From: Candidatus Bathyarchaeota archaeon
Lineage (GTDB): Archaea > Thermoproteota > Bathyarchaeia > Bathyarchaeales > Bathycorpusculaceae
Assembly (NCBI GenBank): GCA_963827165.1
Contig: CAWGZR010000003.1
Span: 96,001-160,000, forward strand
Direction of reading: 5' to 3'
DNA: 64,000 nucleotides
Made by a program: the position numbers and the translations under genes. Under the pieces are notes generated by a model. The model searched no databases. It was not told the DNA's origin and was given only the letters and a program-made list of their open reading frames with translations. Shown here in pieces: positions 38,514 through 48,157 of the stretch. The number at the start of each line of letters is the position of its first letter. Position 1 is the stretch's first letter.

Positions 38514-41500
38514 GGGTTCAAATCCTCGGCATGCTTCGTCAGACGCGAATTTTTAACGTTAATATTATCCTTCTTTTTTTTGTCGCCAATTACGATAACC
38601 AACATGCATAGCAGTTATTTAGTGACACTAGCGACGAGCGGAGAACAAACAGAATGCCTGATGTGGCTGCTGATTGTCACCGTTACGATCACGGAATGAT
38701 GTTTATTAGCTGCTTGCTTTTAAAATTGAATTGGAGAAGGTAGAAGTGAATGTTATTATTGATAAATGTTGGAAGATTTTGAGGAGCGAGTTCTCCGAGT
38801 ATTATTTCGCGATTTTTTCTAGAAAGGAAGGACCTCCAATCTGCATTATCTTGTGTTTGTTAACAATTTTGTCTTACACGTTATTGCACGCGTAAGCTAT
38901 CTTAAAGTATTGTTTAGAAAAATTGAAAAATAAAAAAAGAGAGTTGTTTGTTGACTTTTGCTTTTTCTATTCTAACGGCGTTTTGGTTGAGCGCTTTCTT
39001 CTTCGCACTATCCCGATGATGACTGCTCCAAGCAAGATCATAGCTGCTGCAATGGTAACGTATTGACCCATTGTTGCAAACATTGTTGTTGGAGCTGAGG
39101 TTGGATTGGTAGTTGGTCTAAGTGTAGCTGTTGGTGTAGGCGGAATTGTGGGAGTTGGTATTGTTGTTGGATTTGGCAGGGTAATTGAGGTTTGGCTTTG
39201 TGCCCAAGTGGCTATTGGTATTGGAATATATGGGTTTGATTCGGTTGTGAACAAGATTTCTATTTGGTGGGTGCTGAAATGAGTAGTGAACGCTAGGTAA
39301 AAATTGTCAGAGTCTTGGGTGAATGATTGGTTTTCAGCCACTATGCCGTCGATGTAAACAACTGGGTTTGTTCCAAAGGGTATGGCGATTTTTGGAATGG
39401 TTAGGTTGCAGAATCCCTCTGTTCCGTTGGGTCCTGTTAGTGTAAAATCTACTGTGGTTATTCTTGTGTCTTGATTTGGGGTAATGGTCATGTTTGAGAA
39501 CTGTTCTGTAGTTACGTTTCCGCCTATTTCTACGGGGTAGGTTTCGCATGTATTAGTATCTGTTGCAGTTATTGTGTTGGTTGTAAAGTTAGCAGAGATA
39601 GAGTGATCATCCTGAACGTTTGAGAAAGTGTACGTTGATGCAACTGTGACTGCGGAACCATCGACTACTAAAGAGGAAATATGGTAACCCACTTGCGGTG
39701 TTATAACGAAAACTTGACTTCCACCATAGGAAACTGTTGAAGTTGATGGGGCAACAGTTCCATGATCACCTTGAGTAACCGTGATTGTGTAGGTGTTAAT
39801 CGCGAAAGTCACATCGATAGTGGTAGCTCCCGTAATGGTCGGGTTATAGCTTGAAACAGAACCTAAATGAATAGTTCCATTAACCACAACATCTGCTACA
39901 TTATAGCCTACGACAGGAGTGAAAGTGAAGTTAAGCGGAGTATTCCAATCAACAGTCTGATTAGCCAAATTAGATGCACCATTAGCGCTCACTGTAACCG
40001 TTATTGGGTAGTTATTTACGACAAAAGTAGGTGTTAACGTGTGGTTTGCATACATTGTTAACTCTAGAGGGTTGTTATTGCCTGATGGGTTGTTGTCAAC
40101 TGTCCAGAATGCGAGATTGTAGCCATCTGCTGGTGTAGCAACAACTTCTGCGGTATCGCCGTAGGTGTATGATTGGTTACCGTTCGTGGGATTGGTTGTT
40201 CCGCCCGATGCTGAGTTGATAGTTAGTTGGAAGGTAGTTGGGATCACGTATGCTTTTATGAGGTGATTTTGGTTCATAGTGACTGTGACAGAACTGTTTG
40301 TTCCTGTTACGCCGTCGAGGATCCAATGGTCAAGTGTTAATTGAGGAGGTAACCCTAAGTAATCAGCTGAAAGGTTCTTAATTGTACCTGAAGTGTAAGT
40401 CCATGATTGGTTATTCTGGAAAATATTGTTTAAGTAAATTTCAGCTGTTAAGTTGTATGTGTTAATCGCAAAAGTTGCACTAATGGATCCGTTATCTGAA
40501 ATTTCATTGAACTGGTATTCTTGACCTGCAGGGTTAGTGACAGTTACTGGTTCATCATTGACAGTTATGTTGGCGATGTGGTAGCCAGAATTTGGTGTTA
40601 TTGTGAAAATTGGTGTATCACCATAATTAACAGTGGATGTACCGGGTGAAATTTGGCCGTTATCACTCTGAGTAACCGTGACCGTGTAAATCGAAGGTGA
40701 AGTTAATCTTATCACCGAAATAGAACTGCTTTCATAACCTCCGATTGAAGTATAGACGTATTCACCGTTGGGTGTTACTGCTAAACCGCCAGATCCTCCA
40801 AAAAAATAATACATGCCGCCAAGGGATATTGTTTCTGTTACGGTGTTTGTAGCTGTGCTAATTACTGAAAACGAATTCCCGATATCCATACTGCTGTACG
40901 TAGCGTAGATGGATTCGCCGTTGGGTGCAACTGCAACGCTGCCAGTTCCGCCTTCTTCTGGATCTACCATCCCTCCGAGGATTATTGTTTGTGTTACTGA
41001 GTTTGTGGTTGTGCTAATTACTGAAACCAAATTCCCGTTCTGCCAATCGATACTTGTGACATAGACTGATTCGCCGTTGGGTGCAACTGCTATTCCACCA
41101 GTTCCACCTTCTGAAAAATCAGGGTAGCCGTTAAGGGTTATTGTTGCTGTTACTGTGTTTGTGGCTGTGCTTATTACTAAAACCGAAGTATCGTCGTAGC
41201 TCTCTTTGACGTAGATGGAACTCCCGTCAGGTGCCATTGCAACATCTTCAGGATTATTTAAGCCCGTTATTGTTGCTGTTACTGTGTTTGTGGCTGTGCT
41301 AATTACTGAAACTGTGTTGCCGCCGTAATTTGTAACGTAGACTACTTGGCCGTTAGGTGATACGACCACGCCTTCAGGATAGTTAAAACCAGTTATCGTT
41401 GCAGTTACCGTATTTGTAGCCGTGGTAATAACTGAAACAGTATTGTCGGAATAATTAGGAATGTAAACGTATTCACCATTAGGTGTTATAGCTGCGCCTA

Positions 41501-42174
41501 TAGGTTGGTTTCCAACAGTTATTGTCGTCACCACGGTATTTGTTAACGTGTTTATGACCGAGACTGTGCCATCGAATCTGTTGGTAGAGTAGACGTATTG
41601 ACCGTTGGGTGTTACTGCTATGCCGCCGACACCGTTTCCAACATTTATGGTTGTTGTTAATGTGGATGCTTGAGCTAATTGAGGTAATAATGCTAATGCA
41701 AATGATATCAAGAGAATAGCGGAAAAGATGCCTACAACTCTTATCGTTTTTGTTGTTTTATGCTGTTTATTGTGAATTCCTTGTTCAGTACTTGCTTTTT
41801 TCAGAAATTTATAATTCTTCATGGTTTGACTCAAACCTTTACGATAATGCTATTTTCTTGAGTCTTATTATATAAAATATGAGAAGCAGTAATTCATGTT
41901 TTAAGATTTTTTTAATGTTTCTATTGTTATTGATTCATATTAAAGACAAATTTCGAAAATCTAATAGATCCAAGAACTAAAAGATGATTTTACCAGGTAA
42001 ATTGTTGCTATTATCCCTCGTCAGCGCCTGTCAGACTCCTGAAGATTAGGGACTAATACTGGGTAGGGGTTAAGCCCGGTACGACTCATCCTCGTCTCAA
42101 AGAAGTTTGTTTAAGTGATATTTTCAGGGTGATTCAAATTAATTTTACTCTTTTGGTCATTGTGGTTTGAACCC
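38514..42174. mobile_element. Putative non-autonomous unit bounded by inverted T-arm-like ends, carrying the YVTN surface-protein gene
   Basis: gggttcaaatcc at 38514 and ggtttgaaccc at 42164-42174. Confidence 0.5.
38967..41834 (-). CDS. Cell-surface protein: YVTN beta-propeller, divergent InlB-B/Ig-like repeats, P/T linker, C-terminal TM anchor
   Basis: Repeated PNG..VYVTN..NTVSVISTATNTVTATI; TP..GYHI..V.VDG repeats; C-terminal hydrophobic helix plus RRRKR. Confidence 0.92.
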   Translation of the reverse strand: MSQTMKNYKFLKKASTEQGIHNKQHKTTKTIRVVGIFSAILLISFALALLPQLAQASTLTTTINVGNGVGGIAVTPNGQYVYSTNRFDGTVSVINTLTNTVVTTITVGNQPIGAAITPNGEYVYIPNYSDNTVSVITTATNTVTATITGFNYPEGVVVSPNGQVVYVTNYGGNTVSVISTATNTVTATITGLNNPEDVAMAPDGSSIYVKESYDDTSVLVISTATNTVTATITLNGYPDFSEGGTGGIAVAPNGESVYVTSIDWQNGNLVSVISTTTNSVTQTIILGGMVDPEEGGTGSVAVAPNGESIYATYSSMDIGNSFSVISTATNTVTETISLGGMYYFFGGSGGLAVTPNGEYVYTSIGGYESSSISVIRLTSPSIYTVTVTQSDNGQISPGTSTVNYGDTPIFTITPNSGYHIANITVNDEPVTVTNPAGQEYQFNEISDNGSISATFAINTYNLTAEIYLNNIFQNNQSWTYTSGTIKNLSADYLGLPPQLTLDHWILDGVTGTNSSVTVTMNQNHLIKAYVIPTTFQLTINSASGGTTNPTNGNQSYTYGDTAEVVATPADGYNLAFWTVDNNPSGNNNPLELTMYANHTLTPTFVVNNYPITVTVSANGASNLANQTVDWNTPLNFTFTPVVGYNVADVVVNGTIHLGSVSSYNPTITGATTIDVTFAINTYTITVTQGDHGTVAPSTSTVSYGGSQVFVITPQVGYHISSLVVDGSAVTVASTYTFSNVQDDHSISANFTTNTITATDTNTCETYPVEIGGNVTTEQFSNMTITPNQDTRITTVDFTLTGPNGTEGFCNLTIPKIAIPFGTNPVVYIDGIVAENQSFTQDSDNFYLAFTTHFSTHQIEILFTTESNPYIPIPIATWAQSQTSITLPNPTTIPTPTIPPTPTATLRPTTNPTSAPTTMFATMGQYVTIAAAMILLGAVIIGIVRRRKRSTKTPLE

Positions 42175-42178
42175 AATT

Positions 42179-43822
42179 CAGACTGTGTTAAAACTCAGCT
42201 AAATCCTAAGTGCATTTAGCATTAGAGCTATTGTCTGCAAGTCTTTTTTACTTGTTTTCTCTTTTTTACTTCTTCATCAAATTTATTATCGTCCTAACTC
42301 CAAAAATGTTGATGACTCGTCTCATGTTGTAAGCAAGCATCGTAAACCCAACCTCTCCCTTAACGTTCCTCAGACCCTTCAAGAGCACGTAACCCTGATT
42401 GAAAGCACGCTTAATCGTTCCAAACGGATGCTCAACTATCTGCCTCCTCAAACGAAGCTTCTGTCTGCCTTCACAACTCTGCAACCTTACTCTGAGACGT
42501 TCAACTGCGCCATAATACTTGGACCTAACCATAGTCCTTCCACGTTTGTTCCTCGTACACTTGCTCCTAAAAGTGCAGACAGCACAACCAACCGTCCTGT
42601 AAACCCTGCCTCGCAGGGGGTCATTTCTATACACGCACTTACAAAATGTCAGATCTTTGCCTGTGGGACAAACATACAGGTCTTTAGAAGCATTGTAAAC
42701 GAATCGGTCGGAATAGAACTCAGGCTCGGGAACTCCAATGCTTTTGTATGGGCTAAAAACATTAGGAATGGGCATAAACACCGTTACGCCATTCCCTTCA
42801 CAGTCAGCGATGTCTTTCTCAACGTAGAAGCCCTTATCGCTCAAAACCTCAAGCGTATCCACACCCAAAGTGTCCTTTGCCGCTAACGCATCCTTTGTGA
42901 GTTGATGATGGTCAGTTGAGTTATTTATCACGTCATAATCAACGATTAAGTGTTGTTTTGCATCAACCGACGTTTGAATGTTATAGCCGACTTCAAGCCG
43001 TTGACTATCCACTCTCATCAAGCGGCTATCCGGATCTACAAGAGAAACCTCGTTTTGGCCTGTGGCCTTCATCTGCTCCTGAATATGCTCGTACTGCCGC
43101 TTCTTGTCTTCCAACTGGCTTATTTTTTCCTTGAGCTCATCAGTCTTGACTGTTTCATCTTCGTCTGAATCGTCCGCATCATTGTGGTCCAATTCATTGA
43201 GATATTGTGCTATCTTTTCCTCTGTCTGCTTGAGTCTTTGAGCAACTGTTTTCTCATTGAGGTTGTTGCTTTTGGAATTTACTGCTTTGAATTTGGTGCC
43301 ATCAATCGCCACTAGTTGAGCTCCATAAAGATTTAGGCTTCTGCAGAGATACACAAATTCTTTGAATACTCCTTTGATGCAGTCGTCGTTGTCTTTCCTG
43401 AAGTCAGCGATGGTTTTATGGTCTGGAGTCAGCTTCTTCATGAGCCACATGACCTCAACGTTTCGGTGGCACTCTTTCTCGAGTTTTCTGCTGGATCTTA
43501 CTTGGTTGAGGTAACCGTAAACGTAGAGTTTTAGTAGGTCTGAGGGGTTGTAGGAAGGTCGTCCAGTGTCAGATAGTACCGAGTGTTTGAAACCAAGCTT
43601 TTCCAGGTTGAGGCTTCCTACAAAAACGTCGATGAATCTGACGGGGTTTTCTTTGTCAACATACTGGTCGATCGTGTCTGGGAAGAGTACCGTTTGGCTT
43701 CTGTAAGTGCCTATTACGTGTTCGCTCATGGCTTTTCAGCTCTTGCTGTTGTTTTAAAAGCCGTCTAGATTTAAGGCTAACGGTAAATAGCTATCAAAGA
43801 AAGAGACTTTTCACACAGTCTG
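42179..43822 (-). mobile_element. IS1182 family element (intact)
   Basis: TIR cagactgtgt / acacagtctg; 4-bp TSD AATT at 42175-42178 and 43823-43826. Confidence 0.92.
42266..43729 (-). CDS. IS1182 family transposase
   Basis: GRPSY.P..LLKLY.YGY, SSRKLE, PDHKTIADFR, AIDGTK, DKGF, VEHPFGTIK. Confidence 0.95.
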   Translation of the reverse strand: MSEHVIGTYRSQTVLFPDTIDQYVDKENPVRFIDVFVGSLNLEKLGFKHSVLSDTGRPSYNPSDLLKLYVYGYLNQVRSSRKLEKECHRNVEVMWLMKKLTPDHKTIADFRKDNDDCIKGVFKEFVYLCRSLNLYGAQLVAIDGTKFKAVNSKSNNLNEKTVAQRLKQTEEKIAQYLNELDHNDADDSDEDETVKTDELKEKISQLEDKKRQYEHIQEQMKATGQNEVSLVDPDSRLMRVDSQRLEVGYNIQTSVDAKQHLIVDYDVINNSTDHHQLTKDALAAKDTLGVDTLEVLSDKGFYVEKDIADCEGNGVTVFMPIPNVFSPYKSIGVPEPEFYSDRFVYNASKDLYVCPTGKDLTFCKCVYRNDPLRGRVYRTVGCAVCTFRSKCTRNKRGRTMVRSKYYGAVERLRVRLQSCEGRQKLRLRRQIVEHPFGTIKRAFNQGYVLLKGLRNVKGEVGFTMLAYNMRRVINIFGVRTIINLMKK

Positions 43823-43826
43823 AATT

Positions 43827-43850
43827 GGGTTCAAATCCCGCCCGGTCCAC
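43827..43850 (+). repeat. tRNA-Ala-like 3' fragment (att-like)
   Basis: gggttcaaatcccgcccggtccac; near-identical copy at 62285-62309 ending in CCA. Confidence 0.75.
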
Positions 43851-43891
43851 TCCCAACAGGGTTCAGGTCACAACAATACTTATTAGCCCAC

Positions 43892-45214
43892 ATGGCTGTT
43901 TCTTTAATTATGTCTGCTGCCCCGCAGAAGAATAAGTATCTCTACTTGTTTGAAGACCCCGACGTTAAGCGCTGGTATAATAACCTGGCAAGGGGGTCGC
44001 AAGGCACAGCTGACGTGTACCTAAGACGGATAGGTTCATTCTGTAAGAACCTTGATACAAACCCCAAGAAACTTGCCGCTTTAAGCGAACTTGAAATTTA
44101 CAATCTAATGCTTGATCACGTTTCTTCAATGGAAAAATCAGGATACACTGGAAGCTATATAGAATCAGTGATTAAATGTGTCAAATCATGGCTCGCTCAC
44201 AATGGAAAAGAAATCAGACGAAAAATCAAGATAAAGGATGCAAGAGAGTCGCCTTCACTTAAAAATGAGAGAGTTCCTACAAAGGAAGAGCTAAAAAGAG
44301 TATTCCTTTCGGGCGACAAGAAAGCGAGAGTAGCAAGCGTCCTAGTTGCTCATTCTGGGCTAAGGCTAGAGGTTCTAGGAAACTACACGGGAAAAGACGG
44401 ACTGACAATTGGTGACATGCCAGAAATTAAAATCCAGAACGGCATTGTTACCTTCGAGCGAAAACCCACCGTTATTGTTGTACGCAGAGAATTGAGTAAA
44501 GCAGGACATCAATACTTCACGTTTCTTAGCGAGGAAGGGTGCGGATACCTTCAAGATTACTTGGAAGAACGAATAAGAGAGGGAGAGGGACTATCACCAG
44601 AGTCTCCTGTGATAACGCCCAAGCTTAAAATGAAGCCATTCATACGTTCCACCAACATAGGCGACACAATTCGAGTGCCCCTGAGGGCTGCTGGCTTTGA
44701 TTGGCGGCCGTATGTCTTAAGGTGCTATTTTGATACACAATTAATGTTGGCCGAATCAAAAGGTTTAGTGCTTAGGGATTATCGGGGTTTTTGGATGGGG
44801 CATAAAGGAGATATTGAAAACCGCTACACTACTAACAAGCAGAGGTTGCCCGAGTCTGTTGTTGAGGATATGCGGGCGGCTTATGCGAGAAGCGAAGAGT
44901 TTTTGCAAACCAAAATGAGCGAAGAAACCACAGAGGAGAAGCTAAAGGGCATTTTTAGGCGACAATTTTTGTCGGTCGCCGGTTTTGGTAAAGGCGAGAT
45001 AGAAGACATGGATGTGATCTCTTTTAGTGAAGAGGAGCTGCAGAACCTCGTCAGAAAGAAACTACTGGGAGCTCCAACATCTGACAACTTCAAGCAGAAA
45101 GTCGTAACCATAGACGAAGCCGATAGCTATTTGTCCAAAGGCTGGGAATATGTTGCAAAACTTTCAAATAATAAAGTTGTTGTCAAAATTAGCTCTGAAT
45201 CAAAAAAAAACTGA
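43892..45214 (+). CDS. Tyrosine recombinase / site-specific integrase
   Basis: SAM-like N-terminal domain; HSGLR, ELSK, PYVLR, MGHKG and RY catalytic-type motifs. Confidence 0.9.
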   Translation: MAVSLIMSAAPQKNKYLYLFEDPDVKRWYNNLARGSQGTADVYLRRIGSFCKNLDTNPKKLAALSELEIYNLMLDHVSSMEKSGYTGSYIESVIKCVKSWLAHNGKEIRRKIKIKDARESPSLKNERVPTKEELKRVFLSGDKKARVASVLVAHSGLRLEVLGNYTGKDGLTIGDMPEIKIQNGIVTFERKPTVIVVRRELSKAGHQYFTFLSEEGCGYLQDYLEERIREGEGLSPESPVITPKLKMKPFIRSTNIGDTIRVPLRAAGFDWRPYVLRCYFDTQLMLAESKGLVLRDYRGFWMGHKGDIENRYTTNKQRLPESVVEDMRAAYARSEEFLQTKMSEETTEEKLKGIFRRQFLSVAGFGKGEIEDMDVISFSEEELQNLVRKKLLGAPTSDNFKQKVVTIDEADSYLSKGWEYVAKLSNNKVVVKISSESKKN

Positions 45215-45243
45215 GTGAAAAGGAGAAGCTCGCACGCCGCGTG

Positions 45244-45627
45244 CTAAAAGAGAACGAAACAGGTACGACTACGAAACCCTGATACTAAACCAAGCATGCC
45301 TGATCCGAGTTCATTCTGCCACATGGTTAGACCTGTTTTCTTGGTCGGGTTGGGTTTTGTGAAACCGTTCAGATCGTAAACATATTCAACCGATTTAGTC
45401 CATGTTTTAGTCCTTTTCACTTTTAGGCAAATGCGAAGTTCATTTCTGTCAAAGGATTTTTTGAAATCGATGGTTAAATCGCCGGCCATGAATTGCAGCC
45501 AGCTATTATCGGTTTTTGAAAGTGCACGCAACAATGTCTCCCATTCAGGCGTTTTGAATCCTAGCAACTCTCTGATTTCCTCGATCGCGGCGTACCGGTT
45601 AGTGGCGAGCCATCTGACAGATTCCAA
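45244..45627 (-). CDS. Hypothetical protein
   Basis: 127-aa ORF immediately downstream of 45634-46125, same strand. Confidence 0.5.
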   Translation of the reverse strand: MESVRWLATNRYAAIEEIRELLGFKTPEWETLLRALSKTDNSWLQFMAGDLTIDFKKSFDRNELRICLKVKRTKTWTKSVEYVYDLNGFTKPNPTKKTGLTMWQNELGSGMLGLVSGFRSRTCFVLF

Positions 45628-46144
45628 TGTGATTTACACCCCGATTCCTCTGTCCGCTGCTAATTGAAGCCATTCTTTCTCTTCGGATTGAACTTGCTCG
45701 ACTGTGCCTCTTGCTTTGCTTGCACTTTCCATAATCATTGCTGTGGCAACTAGTATGGGTCTAAAATTAAAGGCACCGTTCCTGTTTATTGTAATTCTTG
45801 GATTCAATATTTGGTTGCGTAAAAGAGCTAGAGATTTTTTCGTTGAGTCGGCTACTGTTAGGAAATTATGAATGGCTTGCTGTTCATCATTTACACGAAT
45901 GATCCAGTCAAGCAACAAGTTATTTTGGCACGCATCTTCATGTGAGAAGTTTATCGTGGACGTGCTCTCATCAGCATATTTGTTCAGATAAGAACTGGTT
46001 TCTTGAATATTTTTTACTGTTAACGCTTTTATATACTTGAGCCGCTGACCTGTAGAAAGGGCAGCGGCTACCAAAATTACCATCAAAAGTATCCTGCTGA
46101 GTAATGATAACTGGGTAAGGTTCAAAGCAGAAAACCCTAACCTG

Positions 46145-47198
46145 TCACCGTACGTTATAAGTGAAATTGAGAAGATGCTTCACTGCAGAGACCCCGAATG
46201 TGGCTTTTTAACTTTCAAGTGTCCGAATTGCGGTACATCCAAGATTGTCCCGCTTGCCTGTAAGAGCCGTATTTGTCCTCGATGCGGTAAGAAGTATACA
46301 GATGAGTGGACTGATGAGCTTTGCCATTCGCTGTATGCGGTGTCGCATAGGCATATGGTGTTCACTTTGCCTATGCAGCTAAGGGATGTGGTTGGTGCTG
46401 ATCATGGCATTTTCAAGGTTATGACGGATGCGGTCAGTAAGACGCTAAAGCAGGTGGTTAAGATGTGGGGCGGCGCAGTTCCAGGCGTGATCTGTGTGCT
46501 TCATCCGTTTGGGGATGACTTGAAGCTGAATCCTCATGTGCATGTGCTGGTGACTGAGGGTGGATTAAACCGGAAGAATGAGTGGGTGCCTGTAACCTTC
46601 TTTGAGTATGGTGCACTTAGGCGGATTTGGCAGTATCATATGTTGAAGTCTGTTAAGGCGCATTTGCCCTGGTCAGTGGAGAATAGTCGGTTGATTGATG
46701 GGTTGTTTGCTGATTACTCTGAGGGCTTTTACGTGCACGCTAAGCGCAGGGTGGCCTCTCCTAAGGGTGTTGCTAAGTATGTGGCAAGGTATGTGCGTCA
46801 CCCTGCGATTGCTGAGTCGCGTATTTCAGAGTTTAACTTGTTGACTGACTCTGTTACTTTTTGGCATGATGTTAAGGATAAGTATGGGAAGAAGGTTGAG
46901 CGGAAGTGGGTTACTCTGTCTGCTTTTGAGTTTATTGGGCGGTTGGTGCGTTTGATTCCGGATAGGAACATGAAGATTATCCGTTACTATGGATTGTATG
47001 CTAGGCGCACGAAGGCTAGGCTCCAGAAAATGCTAACACCTTTGAGTAAGGAAAAAGTCCGTTATGCGCCTAAAAAGGAAGTTATCAAGTGTCCAGAATG
47101 TGGTCAAATCATGGATTTGGTAGGTGTAACTAGGCCGGGGTATGATGAGGATATACCGTATGCATGGTTAACATAGTTTTTTGCGCCCGAAGGGCGCA
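46145..47198 (+). mobile_element. IS91-like rolling-circle element, apparently 5'-truncated, no TSD
   Basis: 3' hairpin tgcgccc-gaa-gggcgca; precise removal restores the host ORF. Confidence 0.8.
46175..47176 (+). CDS. IS91 family HUH/Y2 transposase
   Basis: CKSRICPRCG Zn motif, HMVFTLP, NPHVHVLVTEGG (HUH), YVARY (Y2), IRYYGLY. Confidence 0.92.
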   Translation: MLHCRDPECGFLTFKCPNCGTSKIVPLACKSRICPRCGKKYTDEWTDELCHSLYAVSHRHMVFTLPMQLRDVVGADHGIFKVMTDAVSKTLKQVVKMWGGAVPGVICVLHPFGDDLKLNPHVHVLVTEGGLNRKNEWVPVTFFEYGALRRIWQYHMLKSVKAHLPWSVENSRLIDGLFADYSEGFYVHAKRRVASPKGVAKYVARYVRHPAIAESRISEFNLLTDSVTFWHDVKDKYGKKVERKWVTLSAFEFIGRLVRLIPDRNMKIIRYYGLYARRTKARLQKMLTPLSKEKVRYAPKKEVIKCPECGQIMDLVGVTRPGYDEDIPYAWLT

Positions 47199-47607
47199 TT
47201 TCTTGTTCGGAATGTCAAAAGCATTACTAAAACGGATGCTGCAGCTAAGATCCCTGCTACACCTATCCAAAGCAGCCCTGCAAAGAGTTCGGATAATACG
47301 GAATTTCCAGGACCAGAGTACAAGATTATTGTACTTGGATTATTCACTTGAGGAAAAAGGAGATAGCTTATTAGGGCCAATATGCTCGCTAAGACTAACG
47401 CCAGAGCTAAAGCAAGTGCACATTTTTTTCTCGTACTTAATTGCATCGATTTATACTAAAGGTTTTTTTACCTTAATAATCTTCCTAAATTTTTCTTTCA
47501 TATACTGCATTTTTCTCGCCAGGACTTCACCATTCTGTCAATTTTCAGGCAAAAGTTCAAATGGAGTGTTAAGTATTATAGAGCGTTAACGACTCGCTGG
47601 TGATATA

Positions 47608-48030
47608 ATTTCCGAAGACGAAACAAAGGATGTCCTAAGGGGAACCACTCTTGATATATACCGTCTTTTGCTAAAAACCGACAAACCGCTCGGGATCAGA
47701 GAAATTCAAAGGCAACTAAAGCTTAGCACTCCATCTTTAGTTCAATATCACCTTTTCAAGCTAGAGCAAGCCGATCTTGTAAAAAGAGAGGGAGGTTGCT
47801 TTGTCGTTAGCAAAGTTGTGTTGGAAAGTTGTGTGAAGATTAGTCGTTTTATTGTTCCAAAATATTTTTTTTATTCAGCATTCGTAGTTGCTATTTTGAT
47901 AATCGAGTTAACGTTTCTCAGGCCTGATCCCCTGGACAGCGAATATTTTTTGTCCACCGTTGGAACCGCAATATCTGCCGTAATTTTCTGCTATGAGACC
48001 GTTAAAATCTGGGGCAAAGACTCTCTTTAG
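47608..48030 (+). CDS. Winged-helix regulator with two C-terminal TM helices (start uncertain)
   Basis: LRGTTLDIY..L.....PLGIREIQR.L.LSTPSLVQYHL.KL; hydrophobic C-terminus. Confidence 0.8.
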   Translation: MSEDETKDVLRGTTLDIYRLLLKTDKPLGIREIQRQLKLSTPSLVQYHLFKLEQADLVKREGGCFVVSKVVLESCVKISRFIVPKYFFYSAFVVAILIIELTFLRPDPLDSEYFLSTVGTAISAVIFCYETVKIWGKDSL

Positions 48031-48085
48031 ATATCATCGCAAGGTTTTTTGCTACAACTAAAGCAAGACGTTGGCCTAAGTCGCT

Positions 48086-48156
48086 TGTCCTAAGTTTAGG
48101 ACAGGTTGTCCAAAAACATAGAGCTAAATGAGATTAGGACATACCGATTAGGACAT
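48086..48156. promoter_or_regulatory. Candidate operator: palindrome TGTCCTAA-gt-TTAGGACA plus two GATTAGGACAT half-sites
   Basis: Perfect 8-bp IR at 48086-48103; direct repeats at 48132 and 48146, just upstream of the secreted-protein gene. Confidence 0.65.
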
Positions 48157-48157
48157 T

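Larger units (their letters stand above)
45634..47446 (-). pseudogene. Membrane protein gene interrupted by an IS91-like element
   Basis: Removing 46145-47198 fuses ...TFRTRN to RLGFSALNLTQ... in frame. Confidence 0.8.

Noticed and set aside
40700-41660. CRISPR-like or DNA-level tandem repeats
   Set aside because: These are in-frame coding repeats of the YVTN propeller blades; there are no spacers or cas genes.
42011-42105. C/D box sRNA in a GC-rich patch upstream of the YVTN gene
   Set aside because: Only a degenerate C box, and spacing to CUGA is too long without credible C'/D' boxes.
43827-43850. tRNA-Ala gene
   Set aside because: Only the T-loop and acceptor 3' strand are present, with no 5' half, D-arm or anticodon arm. 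The same holds at 62285-62309, 35989 and 62509.
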